NCBI GenBank assembly: GCA_030141605.1
Contig: JAQGDQ010000645.1
Span: 1 to 64,000 of the forward strand
DNA: 64,000 nucleotides
Direction of reading: 5' to 3'
Source: Tubiluchus corallicola
Lineage: Eukaryota; Animalia; Priapulida
In this document: positions 28,441 through 43,830 of the stretch, in pieces
How positions within the stretch are numbered: the stretch's first letter is position 1
How the letters are laid out: each line of letters opens with the position of its first letter
Made by a program: the position numbers and the translations under genes
Notes under the pieces: model-generated
The model's database searches: none
Told to the model about the DNA's origin: nothing
What the model saw: the letters and a program-made list of their open reading frames with translations, nothing else

Positions 28441-28721
28441 TCCTTATAACCATTGTTTCCTCTCTTCAGCAACCTGCAAAAAATAAAGCAAACGTATTTA
28501 AGTTTACCACTTCAAACACAGATAAAAGGCCTCGCGTTGGTTTAAAGTATTTTATAAGGTTCCATATACAGTAAGTTCCTTTAACAACGCTAATGCATAC
28601 CAGTAAAACGTGGCGTTAAGTGAAACATTGTTCAACAAAACCAAGACTTCCACAGACAGTAATGTTAAAGGATTGAGATGCTTTCCAAAGGCAAAATGAA
28701 TGCAGCTCAAATCATATAAGT

Positions 28722-29138
28722 CAGGGGTGTGCAAATCATCTGACTAGCCGGGCCACATTAAACATTCCCGCAATTCCTGTGGGCCACATGCAGTTTGGTC
28801 AAGGAGCCAAGTATAGTAGGACCTAATAACGATTTTTGTTTGGCATCCGATTTGCGCACATCATTACTGCTGCACTACTACACTCAAGAAACTATTTTAG
28901 AAGTTATTAAAATTTATATTAAGAACTATATATTTCGTCATGTCCGACAGTGACATTAAGTGACAACGGTCTTGTAAGGGTTAATGCCATCCGATCTAGA
29001 GGAAAAACTACCCGCACTATCTTTGCGATATTGGCGCGGACTTCAGCTGGATTGCGTTGGCCGCACTTTCATTTCGTTGACAAATCTCTTCGTGGGCCGC
29101 ACAAGATCTCTCGGCGGGCCGCAGTTTGCACACCCCTG
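28722..29138. mobile_element. hAT MITE family A, copy 2
   Basis: Same TIRs as 13062-13474; TSD ATATAAGT / ATATAAAT. Confidence 0.92.
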
Positions 29139-29279
29139 ATATAAATTAAATGTTTTATGAGTTTTATTCATAGTTTTACTGATTAATTTCTTTCCGCTTG
29201 CTTGAAACCATCTTACTTACCAATAGCTAGTTAACAGATTCCATTTCGTTAACGTTTAAAGTCTAGGCAGAGGTTAAAT

Positions 29280-29988
29280 AATAAACACTGCAAACTCAAA
29301 GCCAAGCCCTGGGTTGAGTTTGGAAATTTTATCCAGATACCTAGTCTGGTTGCTATAGCAACAGTTTCCAGGTAAAATCAATTTGCATGAAGTTTGCTTT
29401 CAGGTCAAGTTCATGTTTATAGTTAATACACATTGAACAAGATACTTTAGTCTATCGATCTACAATATATTATTTAAACTCTTGTTTACAACACTGTGTG
29501 ACAAATCGCTCTGAAAGCAAAGCTTGTTCGAGTGATTTGACAGTAAAAAAAGAAAAGGTCGTGAAAAAAACATACAGTGAGTCAGATTAGGATAATTAGT
29601 TAAGCAGGATTTAAAATGGTTAGCAAGGAGGGATTAGTGAATAATCATCATGATAGAGCAGTAATGTAGTTAATTACATATCTAAGTCACATTCTAGTCT
29701 CGCTTAAAACAAATCACTAGCACTTAGTAGTCAGTCAGGAAGCAAAAACACGTACAATAATTGCACTGTTTATGTTACTAATGCGTGTTTAGAACAGAAC
29801 AATGCAATATGTACCATTTTTCAAGGCAACAAATTAGGTTGAAAACTTGCTGATAAAATAAAAAGTGGCTCTGCGGAAAGTAAAAAAAATAGTCGTTAAA
29901 ATGAAACATGTTTTAAAAAAAGGTTTGAAGAAAGGTGCGTTAAAACGAAACCTCGCTAAACAGGGAATCGTTAAGCAAGGACTTACTG
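29280..29988. mobile_element. Degraded Tigger-like element carrying the palindrome GTTGCTATAGCAAC; related copy at about 44300-44731
   Basis: Shared segment AATTTTAT..AGATAC..GGTTGCTATAGCAAC..CAGG.AAAAT...TTTGCAT; both copies end in CTTACTG|TA like the 19575 MITE. Confidence 0.5.
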
Positions 29989-32732
29989 TAATGTATTTTT
30001 TTATTCATTTTACCAATGAAGCACCAACCAAGAAATCTACATGAGCTAAAACACCTCAATTATTATAATAAAATTTAAAAGCGCTTATTGCACTAAAAAG
30101 TTTACATATTTTACTGTGAAATTATTATTTAAATGTTACAATATTAATAACAAAGACGAAATACTAAGATATTTTATCTTGAGTAACATGCTAAAATATT
30201 TGCACCACAGAAATGGTTCCAGATGGGAAAAATTTAATGTTTGCATAATTTTCAGAACAACATCTGTTATTAAAACAACATTTCTTTAGCACTGCACAAT
30301 GTACAGTTTACGGTGTTTTTCACCTACAGCAAGCTATTGCATACGAAAATGCAAATAACAAAAATAATAAGAATGACTGTTACAAAACTTGAAAATGATT
30401 ATGAAACTGCAAACGTAAATGTTTACTAAGCCTACTGACAGGATGCAACTCACGCAAAACAACGGACTTGCAAAACTGATTACGTTTTAGTTACCAATCA
30501 GGCATCAATGAATATTTTTCGCTTAGGACAAATGACACTTTTAATGATCTCACGTTAAACTAAACGACCAAGGCAGCGACGAAAAATTTATTTACTTTTA
30601 CAGCTTATGCCAGATAGGTATATTATTTGGCCACAGGAATAATATTTCAGATACTACGATCTTACCTATTGCTTTCGCAGCCAGTATTGTTTTAATTTCC
30701 TATTGCTTTTGCAGTCACTGTTGTTTTAATTTCTAGCAAATTATAGTCAATCTAACATTGGAAAAAATAACACACAATTCAACAAACGACTAGAATTTAG
30801 AAACTAACTTCTCAAGTCAAGACCGAAAATCTTTAAACCTGTATCGCCAAACAGTCAAAGGCCATAGATAAGAATATAGTAGGTATCCCTTACCTTACTA
30901 ATAATGGTAATAATAATATAGTCAGACAGCTTTTCTCTTGCTTTTGAGCTTTTTTCAGGGGTTTGCTTATGTTAAGCTCGCCAGAGTAATGCATGCGTTA
31001 ACGAACTTGCCGAACAATTGTAACGAATTAACAAGAAAAAGGAATTTCAAAAGAATATCAAAAAAGCTTTCATGATAATTATTATAAAATTATAAGAAAA
31101 CTTTTTAGTGTTATGCTTACCTGTTTGAAAGATTCATGTAATTGGAAAAGTAAATTCTCAATAATGTAAAATGCTCACACGAATTGGTGAAACATCGCTG
31201 TATCAGGTATGCATTAAAAGTATGAAACATGCAGGTTTTGCATAAAGTTAAGAAAATCAGTTCATTTGTAGTACACTCTTCACCAACTATGCAAAAGTAC
31301 TATTTTTAACTTTTGAAGTCGAATCATACAGAATTCAAATTCAGTTTTAAAGATTTTCCAATGAAATTTCAAGTCACTACTAAAAAGCGGTCTCACCAAG
31401 ATCAGGCATATTACTTAATATTGTTCTGCAGCAAAAACACTAATAATAATTATTTGTTTAGAAATTTTACACAGAAATCATAGCTAAATTGTGCTCACTG
31501 AATGTTTAAAACACTTTAATAATAAATATTCTATGAAGATGAAGTGCTGAATTATTCAAATCTATACTATTAGGTTCGAAGAGCATTCGAACTAAAAAAA
31601 CTCCAACTCCTACTGAGCATTGCCTGATGCTGTATGTGGTGTTGCTACTTATAATTCCACTTTTTCGGGTTCCTAATTTGTGCTACTGTTTTGGTAGACA
31701 TTTATTTTTTAATGAAGCATGGCCAGGTCAAAACAACAGTAACAGCTAGTGACCCAGAAGACAACGAGATAGCCTCTACAATAATCTGAAAAAGGAGTAA
31801 AAAACACGCCTGAACAGGAAAACCTTGTAGGCTATCGTAGTAATTGAGTAATATGATATATGTCAATATTGGAGTAATTGACACTAGGAATTTTCAAAAT
31901 AAACAACTCGATGTACAACTACAGAATATAGTATAATTTAAAATTTTAACATATACTTACCTGATCAATTCATAATAATTATAACCTCAGGCTAACGAGA
32001 ACTAATAAAATGAGCATCAAAAGCACACCCATTTTCATGAGAAACATTGAAACTAGCAGACAGCAGGTACACTATATATCCCAACTATTGAAAAAGTGAT
32101 GTCCCAGAAAATATATCAATTTTCATCCTGGTGCTAGAACATGGATATATGTGGTATGTTATGCTTTATAACCTAACAGCGAGGAATTCATGTGACATTT
32201 CTGAAACAAGTTTGATATGAGCCATTAGCCAAGGAACTTGCTGAACTCAAGACGGATCAAAATTTTTTTCAAAAATGACGAATTTAAGATGACATATCAG
32301 AAATCCGACACTGTCATCAATAGAGAATTTGTTCTAGTATAATTACCACCGTTAATTACGAATATCATTTGCATAACAAAATCAGGTTTTACCTATAACA
32401 GTCACGTGCCCATTTTACGGTCAGCAGCTTCTTTTCATGTACATTAATGGAGTGGATATTCTAAATTTGATTTCATGTTTATTGATCAGTTGGATATCAT
32501 CCATTTATACATATGAAGTGGTTTAGTTGTTATTGTACAGATTTGTGACCCAAACTAAAAAGTTTTGTGATAATCCATTGCAAACTGGTGGAGCTTTAGG
32601 CTATTTTGAAAATCTCGGGTCAACAATCGAGCTCCGCCAATTTATGAATGTGTGAAGTTATTCACTTGTTGTAACTCTGTTAGCAAATGAGAGTTTAGAG
32701 ACAATTGTATATATTAATTTCGCTGGTACGGA

Positions 32733-33449
32733 TTTATATATAACCGACGAGCCTACAGCTCCGACGACTGCACCATTTTTGAGGATCCACATGTCAAATG
32801 AAAGGCCTCCACCCAACGGTTCGCACCTAGGGGTTTATTTTTCGAATCCGCCCCACCGGTAGGAACGGGGCCGCAAAACCTCCAAAAATGGCCATTTTTT
32901 GCAAAACTTATACCTCTTATTTCTAGAGAACGGGAACGTGTTGGGGTGGTACACGTAATGGTAAGATAGTTAGTTCAACGGTGGGTGTCATAGTCATACT
33001 TAGAATTCGGGGTAGGGCCACGACGCTGCGTGACGGGCTTTTTTCCTGGACCCAACTTCAATTTTTTTCGAAATTTGCCAAATGGTCCTCAGAAAAAACG
33101 TTTTAGCCGCGCCTTGTGAGACTCTAGAAAGCAGATATATGGCTCTTTAGAAAGAGAAAGAACAGGGCTACACGATGGTGTGGGCTATATTTTAGGACAC
33201 GTCCACTAAGAGGAGTGGCGACGAGTTAATTAGATGTTCCATTTTTGGTACTTTTCGGTTGGAAAACTGCTGACGCAAAGCAATTGTTGTGACGTCATCC
33301 ATTATACTCTGCTTATAATCTTATAGCTTTAATTCACTAAAAGCTGCTGCTGCTTGGCGTTAGGTGAATAACGAATGCTAAGTAGAATGCTCGCGCGTTG
33401 TTGATTATAAGCGTATTTATACACACAGTTTTTGCGGGGTGTTTGCTAG
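32733..33449 (+). mobile_element. Helitron-like non-autonomous element
   Basis: Begins A|TTTATATATAA and ends GCGGGGTGTTTGCTAG|T; no TSD; second copy inverted at 3410-3750. Confidence 0.6.
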
Positions 33450-33962
33450 TATATTATTAGTTTCGAAAATCATATAAACAGTTTGACCTGCAGTTTGTTT
33501 GAATATATTGAATATTATGAAAAAAAATCATCTAAAAATAATCGTACTTAAACACAAACTTTATTACACACATGGAATATACAATGTTCAGCGCTAGGAA
33601 ATATCTTACACTTCTGATTTTACACTAGTGCAAAAATATTTTACACTAGTAGAAACATTTTACACTTTTAAAATGCAAAATACAATTTTGCAGTATAGAA
33701 GTTATACAAGGTTTCCGTGGTACGCTGCATCCAAACAGTGGTATTTTTGGTATGTAACAGCTTAAAACATGTTTGATTGGTTAATTGTCAATTTGCTTCG
33801 ATCATTCTACATTGAAGTATTGAAACCTAATAGTCCAGATGCACTATTGGTCAAAATGTCGTCTATATTGTTTAATAAACATCTATAAGTGATGTTGCAG
33901 GACAAATTCATACCTTTATGAAAATATGCCCAATTTGATGAATCTAATCTAGGTGTGTATGG

Positions 33963-34359
33963 TAAGGGTGAACATTCATTGCCAGAAAGCGAATTCGAAT
34001 CGAATTTAATTTGTCACTTTCAAATTCGAATTGAACTGAATTTCTGTATATCGAATTCGAATTGAGTTTGAAAGATTTTCAATCAAGTTTTCCAACCAGT
34101 AGTAAAAGTGGTCTTACAAAGATCATGCGTATTATTTTATTTTGTTCTGCAGTAAAACCACTATTAGTTTGTTAAGAATTTTGCACAAAAACTGCAACTA
34201 ATTGCATGTCGTTTCAAACATTTTAATGATAGAAACGTATGTGACTGAAGTGCTGAATTATTCGAATCTATGATTTTATGTTCGAATCGAATTCGAACTA
34301 AAAAACTTGTTCGAATCGAATTCGCATGTTTGAACTCGAACGTTTGTTGCTCACGGCTA
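33963..34359 (+). mobile_element. hAT MITE family B, complete copy
   Basis: Perfect 8-bp TSD GTGTATGG; TIR TAAGGGTGAACA / TGCTCACGGCTA. Confidence 0.85.
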
Positions 34360-35052
34360 GTGTATGGGAGGTGGCAAAGTCTGCGTTGATTTCACTATTT
34401 AACGAAGTCGAACAGAAAAACAACTGAAATCACTGTTAAGTTTAGTTTGCATTGACTGGCTTTGAAGGTTTCTTTTATTGTTATCATTATTTTACTTAGA
34501 AACAGGCAATTCTAGCAGGTCTCCCTATTTTGGTAGACTTGATGAACGTAATTTTGGATGTTCATTCCCTAAACTGATGGACATATTCCGATTCACTTGT
34601 TGGACATACTTTGGACGTAAGTTGAACGCCCATGTGCTAAACTGATGGGCTTATGTAATGTTGGACGTAACTTCGAGCATCTATTCACTAAATTATAAGA
34701 CTATTTTGATGGACATGACTTTTCGAACGCGATGGGCTTAATTTCGAACGTCCATTCACAAAATAATTTAAAGTAAATGATAGACTTACGTAATTGTTGA
34801 CGTGGTGAGTTTAATGTTTAGCGCCAGCTGGACGTTAGCTTAAACGTGATGGACTCTATATCACATTGAAATCTATTTGATTAGTTTTTGCCACGTGTAT
34901 TAAATTAGTGAATAGACGTCCAATTTACGTCCATCGTGTCCATATTACGTTTGTCACGTCCATTCATTTAGGATTTTCCAATTTCTGCTGCAATGTCTAA
35001 TCTATTTTAGATTTAAATTTTACAATTTTGAGTTAGGCATGTAATTTTGAAG

Positions 35053-35669
35053 TAGGGTTACCATACGTCCGGGTTTCCCTGGACACGTCCTCTTTTTGGG
35101 CCTCTGTCCGGGCGGGTTTTCAAAAAATCGGCAGTTTGTCCGGGTTTTGCCTCAATCCGTAAGTATGTACGGACGTTGCCAACTGCAGAGGCGTACGACA
35201 GTATGAGACAAAGAAAAGCTCGTTAATTTTCAATACAAGGTGTTGCTAACATCTCAAAATGTAACCCTAGTAAAAGCTTTGTGTACATATTTACTAAACA
35301 AAAGTAAGCGATGCGCACGTCACTATGGGTCACACGACTCACACCGCTGTTGATACTTGGTGTATGCAAATTTCTAAAAGCAATTCAGTTTTCGGAAAAG
35401 TATCCTTGGTCTCAGCCTCGGGCTCAGTCAAGTTCAAGCGTAAGTGTTTCTGAGATTCAAGAAGAAGCAGGCGACTGACAGTTGCAGTGTGTTAATGTTT
35501 TTTGCCGTATAGCCATTTGGTATTGCTATTAGAATACATGTAGGCCTATTTGTATAATTTGCATTTTATTTTGCATAGTTTTAATAGACCCTAGACTGGT
35601 AATCTTTGCCTACTTACAAGTGTGCAAAAAAGTGTCCTCTTTTTCAACTCAGACAATATGGTAACCCTA
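35053..35669. mobile_element. hAT (Blackjack-like) MITE
   Basis: TIR TAGGGTTACCATA / TATGGTAACCCTA; TSD TTTTGAAG / TTGTGAAG. Confidence 0.88.
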
Positions 35670-36417
35670 TTGTGAAGCATATCACAACTCTATTTCCATA
35701 TCACACCTTGTTGTGTAGAAAGGGCATTTGTACCATTAGCTGCTGAAGTATTAGGTTCCACTGATCCAGAACTTATTCATACATACAGTCAGAGTAGTCA
35801 TACTAGCTGCCCGTTATTGAATTTTATTTAATGATTGGTAAATCAATGATGTTTTCCTGGATAATGATAAGGATTTAAAATCACAAATGTGTAACATGCA
35901 TCATAAGAAATTGTGTGCAAAGTTATTTTAATAATTCATTCCTTATTATCTGTATTAGTAGATTGAGTAATAGAAAGTAAGCCTATTCTTCAGGGTTATA
36001 TCATCGAGCATATGTAAAAGAATTTGCGACTGTTTTCATGGTTTTTTATGGCCTCACTAAAGATTTGATTGATTAGTTTCAAGTTTTTCGAATGTTGTTG
36101 TTTGAGCTCTTGATGAAGGTAGCCCAGTTTATTTCATTTTGATAGTCAAGACTCTCAATAAGACTGAAGGCATTCGGGCAATACCTTTGGATGGATTAGT
36201 TGTTTCAACTCAATTGGAAGGTTGCACTGAAATCTGAAAGATGGATTATGAGTAATATGTCAAAGTGATTAGATACAGCTAAGTCGTCAGTCTAAAAAAT
36301 TAATTCTTCAAGAATGATCACTAGTGACACAAAGGCTAAAGTTTCGAATAATTTACTGCAGCATTTCACGAGCGACACAACAATCTGAGAAAAACAGAAT
36401 CTGACTCATTTTGTTAA

Positions 36418-37608
<1,191 letters not shown>

Positions 37609-38925
37609 TGGTATGAAATACGTTATAGTACAGTGCATACAAAAGAAATTAGTCTAATGTAGAACGTTAATGTAAGTGATATAGGACTGTCTTTACTTGT
37701 CCTTTTGGTGCTTAGAAATTTAGTGTTGTCTTTCTGATGCATCACAACAAACGAATTTTTATTGTTTTATTACTCATTTTTTCATTTCAAAGCAACCTGT
37801 AATTTATATAAGCTTTGTTGTATTTAATTCATTTGAACTGATATTAGCCAATAAATAATTAAGACTCAGTAAAACTGTCTTTTTGACAAAATGAAATATA
37901 CCATTTTCTTTGATTTTTCTTTCATACTCTCGAGCTGAACAAGACTGAGAGAATTTACAAAACAGCAGGAAAAAAATCACGCGTAATGAAAAACCGAAAG
38001 CTTGTTACAATAACATTGTGTATTTCACAATAAACAAATGGTAAACAAATAAACAATTTTCTGAGTTTGCGTGTCTACTGACTAGCTGTATGTGGTTATT
38101 TCACATCTAGTGATACCTAAGTGTGAAAAGTGGTAACCTAAAATGAATGCAAGCTACATAGTTCTTTAGGATTGTTGTAAATGTTCAACAGTCTTAATAT
38201 TTTATTTTCTATTTCTAAGCCGGTGACTGACATGCTAAAAACAATAATGAATATTATACATTATTATAAAAAATGCTAAAATAAAAAATGAACAATATTT
38301 GCTACTAATGCGGATAAACGGCAACAACTTTTGCAAATTTCAAGCAATAGTTTCCCAAAGTCGTACCACTTAATGAATTCAAATTTCGATAAAAACTCTT
38401 TACGAATCACTAATACTTACATCTTACAATTCAGTGTTTCTTGTACGGTTGTAACGCGACAAACACTCTTCATTGTCACGCACTTTCAGTTCATACAATT
38501 TAGTTTCTAGCGAAAATACTAGCTTAGATTTCAAAATAGATTACCTAAAAATTATTAATAATTGTAGTCTTGTCTACGGACACAGAATCAAAAACACAAA
38601 TTTATGCAAACCAGTAAAGTGATGCTGTTAGGCTCGTTAAAATCCAAAATCTGTTTGTTCTCTGTTATTGTTTTTTGAGTTTGGCAAAACAAGTGGTTGC
38701 ACTAAGTGGTTGCACCTATTATGACAATGTTTACTTACAACACGGTCAGCATTATGTCCAAAAACAATAGCAACTCAACAGTAATGCCACAAAACTGAAC
38801 ATGACAAAACTGATTGCGGTGTACATAAGAATTACTAGCGTTTCCACATGAACCGAAAAACATTTGTAATTTAGCAAAGAGTTATTTTAAATGCAAAGAA
38901 AAAGTAGAATCATGTTCAGCATCCA

Positions 38926-41900
38926 TTATTTTGCTTTCTTGGCAGAAATCATTTCTCTCAAATTGTCTTCACTTTCCTTCAAACTTTTCTCTAAATATGA
39001 TTTTGTGTTCTGCAAAAGAAACAATATAAATGTTAATGATGTACAACTAACTGAATAATTACAATCAAACATTACAGTAATGCCAATTCTTGGATGCTAC
39101 TTAGAATTACCTTTACAGTGTGATTAATAGTCAGTCAAGGCTCACAGTTTATTTGCTTTAAAACTTCTAGTTTTCTAAACTTTTGTTATTAACTGCAGAG
39201 GTTCTGCTATGATAAGAATGTTTTATTTAGAATGATAAGAATGTCCCTTACTGTCGTACTAATAATGCCAGGCATTTTATTAAACTCACAGCCCCCAACA
39301 ACTGGAATAAAATAAGTGCCCAAGTAAAAATACACAAAACTATTTATAGTTTCAAAAAGTACTTGAAAAGGACCATTTTTTATTCATACTTATAATACAA
39401 TTTTAATGCTTCCATGTCTCATGCAGTCACAATATATGGCCTCCAATCAGTTATAATGCTATTTTAATATACCTCTATGTAAATTAAACATACACTGTGG
39501 TCGTTTCTTCTCCTCTTATCCTTCTTCCTCTCCCTAATCTTAGTATTTTTTCCATTCCATCATTTCTTCTGATCCTAACCATTCTTTCATTCACTCATTT
39601 GTGCCACCCTAACAAGCCAAGCTTTCAAGGTGTCATACAGCAACTCTTTTGTTTGGTTAATTTGACTTCATCAACGTTTTTTTACCTATACTGTTTCTTT
39701 TTGTTTCAATAATATTGTATGCTGGTGTATTGTATATGTATTGCTGGAGTGAAATAAATTGATTGATTATTTGCGTAATCAACAACGGCAGATTTAAAAC
39801 TACTGCCGTACCTGGCTTCAAAAGATTTACACTACCTTAAACCATTTTACATTGTCTTTGACAGTCTCTTTGTAAGGAAAAAACAAAAAGTAGAGCCTGT
39901 TACAGAGTGCAGGGAGTTTAACAAAATTATCTATATGTAATACATTAAAAACCTCAACAACATGTGATAATTGTCATTGTCGTGAAGCCGGGTGTGAAGC
40001 AACGAGGCTTCACTGTAATTTTATTTTACAACTGTGGTAAAGAATTAAATTATATAACAAATACTGCTAATTAAGTGTTCAAACTAACCTGAGCTGGAAT
40101 TAATATAAATGGTCCTTCTAATTTATATCATTCTACTTAAGACAATGAATTGTACTACTGTAGCTGTAACAGTGATGAAGAAATCATAAATCGTAACTGC
40201 CCACATATGTTTATGAAATACATGTAATGTGGTTTCGTTAGGTGTAAATGCAGACATTTTCGCACTGTGCTAGTGATGGGCGATTAATAGATTAATTGAA
40301 TTAAACAAGATTACAACTATGTATAAATCATTTTATTCGACGATTGAACAATAACTCAATTAATCGAGAGCAAAAGATACATACTGACTAACAGGAAGTA
40401 TGTTAGCACAAATAAACTGAATCTTGCATTTTTTCTTCATTTTCTCATCTTCCACAGTGCACCAGGGATGAGAACGACAAATTGCAAAAAACTCTGAAAC
40501 AGGCCGGGGGTTTGGGGGCCGCATAGGCCCCCATGGGGGTTCAAAGGGGGCGAAACCCCCTTGGAGCCAGCAATAAATTGCAATTTTGTGACCATAGAAA
40601 GCCTCTAAGTGGACTTAAATATCAATTACCTAGTTTCATTCATAATTGAAAATACCCAATTATCAAGGATACATGATACCTAATTGTTTCAAAAACGTCT
40701 AAGTAATGGCCGCTCCTATGCAAAAGTATATAAAAACTGTCTGCAATTGACTCAAATAACTCCGCACAATTGATTCTATATGTTTATACATAGAGATATA
40801 CACGTGTTTACACTGATGTACGTGATGTAAACAAAGTGACGGCCTGCCAACTAGCGGTCAGCTTGTGAAATAATGTACTGGGTCCGTAAAAATTTTCTCG
40901 ACGAATTTACGCAATTTACAAAAATGGCACTACTGGTCTTCCAAAAACTCGGAATTCCGCATATTCGTGGAAAATTCTAATCCCTGCAGTGCACACAATT
41001 GTGAACAACAGTGTTGCAAACTGCGGGGCTCCAAATTTGTTGACATGTGACACGTGTATCGTAGTAACATAGTTAATGAAAAACGTATGTGCCTATAAAA
41101 ATAGTTTACGAGTAAAAAAATGGCAGACAGACAGCAACGACGAAGCTGTGAAGACGTTATAGGTTATATTTCACTGCAATATATTGAAAAATATGATTAA
41201 AACACTAAAAAATTACCACGAAATATTAATCGTGATATCGAATTACAAGAAAGAGATTATAATCGAATTGCAAAATTTCAAAATTGCGCATCAATGTACG
41301 ACTCTTCTTCACATTTATAAACTCCTGAGCTGGATAGGAATTTTTTCAGAGACAGTAACATGTATGTGAATAAACAAAACGGATTAACTGTATGTGTGGA
41401 TACACTGCACTAAACAAAAATTTTAAATCCTGTCAGCATAAAATATCGGTGCAACTTTTGCATGCTACACGACAAAATTTAAACAAACTCATGATTCTGA
41501 TCATTCATGCAATACTTAACTTGAATTTGCAAAATATTTTTTGGAAAGTTTATTTTGCAAATAAACGATATTTTGCAAAATTTGTACAAACATAAATGTA
41601 CAAATGTATTACACTATTAAACTCTACATACCTGTAGATTTTTTATTTTCTCTTCTTGAGATTCTATTTTGGCCGTTAACTTCTGCTTTAACTTCGAAAC
41701 ATCAGAAACAATAAACCTGCAAAGAGAGGCAACTATTTTTAAAATCATCGTGATGGGGTTCATGGCTGAGTGGGATAGGCATGTGACTTCATGCAAGTGG
41801 CACGTGGCTGCCCTGAGTTTGACACTCAATTTGTGTGTCATAAACCATTACCTCACAGAGGGAGGGTGTACGTAGAAACGTGGCTTTAACACCTCTACTG

Positions 41901-43740
41901 GTTCGCTGGGTCATCTTGGAGGGATATCCTTGACAGTGAGTGAGACTGCGGACATAAATAATTAATATCTTATTGAGTAGGCACTACCTTTGAGTGTTCT
42001 TCTCATTTGCAGAATGCCAAAGTAGAAAATGATTTCTTTCTAAGACTTCGCATAGGCTAGCAGTTCAACTCAGGCTTAATTTTCCAATGATGGCCCTTCC
42101 CACATGTGGTTATTAGTGGACATACTAATGAAATGTTATTAAACAAATGTAAGCAGAAGTCCCAGACTTAACTTTTTTCTTTTCTTCCAAATCTATTTCA
42201 AGCTTAAGCGCTCATATGTTTCATAAGCGTGTGGAACAAACATGTGATTAGCTGCAACTAGATGTAGGTGGAATGCTCTTTGTGTTCAATTAATAACAAA
42301 ATGGCAAACTTGATAGTAAACATTTTTTGTACTGATTTGGACATTTACTACACATGACATGGGTGATGAAATCTCAGTAGCCACTTTCTTGGACAGTATA
42401 TAAGCCTTTGACACAATACATAAACCATGTAAATGCCTAGTTTTTCTCACTCAGCTTTACGAAAGCACAAGCTTACTAATTTTTTCCACTGGCACGACTC
42501 ATTAAATAAAAGATGAATGGTCTGACACTAACTACTTGAAACAAACTAGCAGCACTATTTAAAGTAATATTAAAAAAACTAGCACAATAACAAATATACA
42601 TGTATATTTTTTTTCTTACATTCGCCCAACACTTTCGTACATCCTGGTTTTTTCGGGTAATGTTGATATTTCCGAGTCTGTAAGTTTCGCATGATTTATG
42701 TAGCGTTTGCATTGCTCTGCTTGCATGTCAGCCATCTTAAGTTTTTGCGTCGTCTCTATCATTTTTACTTGTAATTCTTGGAAAGCCTGGGTAACAATAA
42801 TGATAGACACTATAAGATGGCTTTCAACATTCTGAGATCTTATTCTGATCTACATATACTAAATTATTTGAGTCGCGACTGTTAATTTGCACACTTAAAT
42901 TTAAAAAGTTATAAGTACACAACGGGAAGCTAAGGCATCCATGATGGCAAGAATAATGCCACTAAAAAGCTATAAGTACGCAAGAAGAAGCTGAGGCATC
43001 CGTGATGGGAAGAACAATGCCACTAACAAAGTTATAAGTACACAACAGGAAGCTGTAGCATCTGTGGTGGGAAGAACAATGCCACTAAAAAGTTAGAGTT
43101 AAGCAACAAGCCGTTTAAAAAAACTAAAACTGGAACTCATTAACCACTTATTCCCAGAATTTTTATCAAATTCAAATTCAGTAATATACACTGCCAGCAG
43201 TGTAGCAATGCCGTTATTTAGAGAGTTAAGAATAACCGCAAAACTCGACTGTTGAAGTTCGATATGAAAATTCATATCAAAAATTGTAAATGGTGCCGTT
43301 GTCATGGTTCGCGTCTCATCCTTGATTATACAGATATCATTTTTAAGTCCCGCATTGTTTGTTCTACTGTAATTTAATCATTTTAGTAGAAGACAACGCT
43401 GGTCACTGTACTTTAAACACAAATGGTAATAATATATTATGTATAACATCATGACGTCTATTGAAATTTACAGATAATGTCAAGTTTACAGTGTCTTTCT
43501 TCCTGTATATTCTCGAAAAAAACTTCTAGGTCTTCCTAGTTGGATGCGTGAGTTACAAAATTAAACGACTGTATTTTGCTCCAAATTGTTTAGAACCATA
43601 CAAGCCTATGATAGCTACAGATTTAGATCATGTGCGGTACATTATTACAAAACTTTATTCTTTTACACAAACTGTGTTTTAAGACAAAAATGATATTAAA
43701 AAACCTTTTTCAGTTCCATATCTACATTGGGCGCCGCCAT
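38926..43740 (-). CDS. PFDN1: Prefoldin subunit 1, 123 aa. Exons 43740-43705, 42786-42620, 41716-41632, 39009-38926
   Basis: Spliced product MAAPNVDMELKKAFQELQVKMIETTQKLKMAD...MYESVGRMFI...SYLEKSLKESEDNLREMI; canonical GT-AG sites with matching phases. Confidence 0.93.
40463..40986. mobile_element. hAT MITE family C, copy 1 (PFDN1 intron, possibly nested in an older element starting near 40272)
   Basis: TIR CAGGGATGAGAA / TTCTAATCCCTG; perfect TSD CAGTGCAC; second copy from 63634. Confidence 0.88.
41755..41965 (+). mobile_element. Degraded tRNA-derived SINE
   Basis: A-box-like TGGCTGAGTGG, B-box-like GAGTTTGACAC and an AT-rich tail. Confidence 0.45.
42903..43095. repeat. ~62-bp imperfect tandem repeat x3
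   Basis: TATAAGTACRCAA...GAACAATGCCACTAA repeated. Confidence 0.8.
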
Positions 43741-43830
43741 GTTACAATGATCTTCTGAACTCTTGCGTGAGGAATGCATCAGCGCTGAATGATATTCGTC
43801 CTATTGGCTGGGCCACCAAGCCAGGCAAAT
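43733..43830. promoter_or_regulatory. Probable PFDN1 promoter, possibly bidirectional with BLM
   Basis: YY1-like AACATGGCGGC over the PFDN1 ATG and a CCAAT box (ATTGG 43803-43807); PFDN1 and BLM are head-to-head. Confidence 0.45.
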
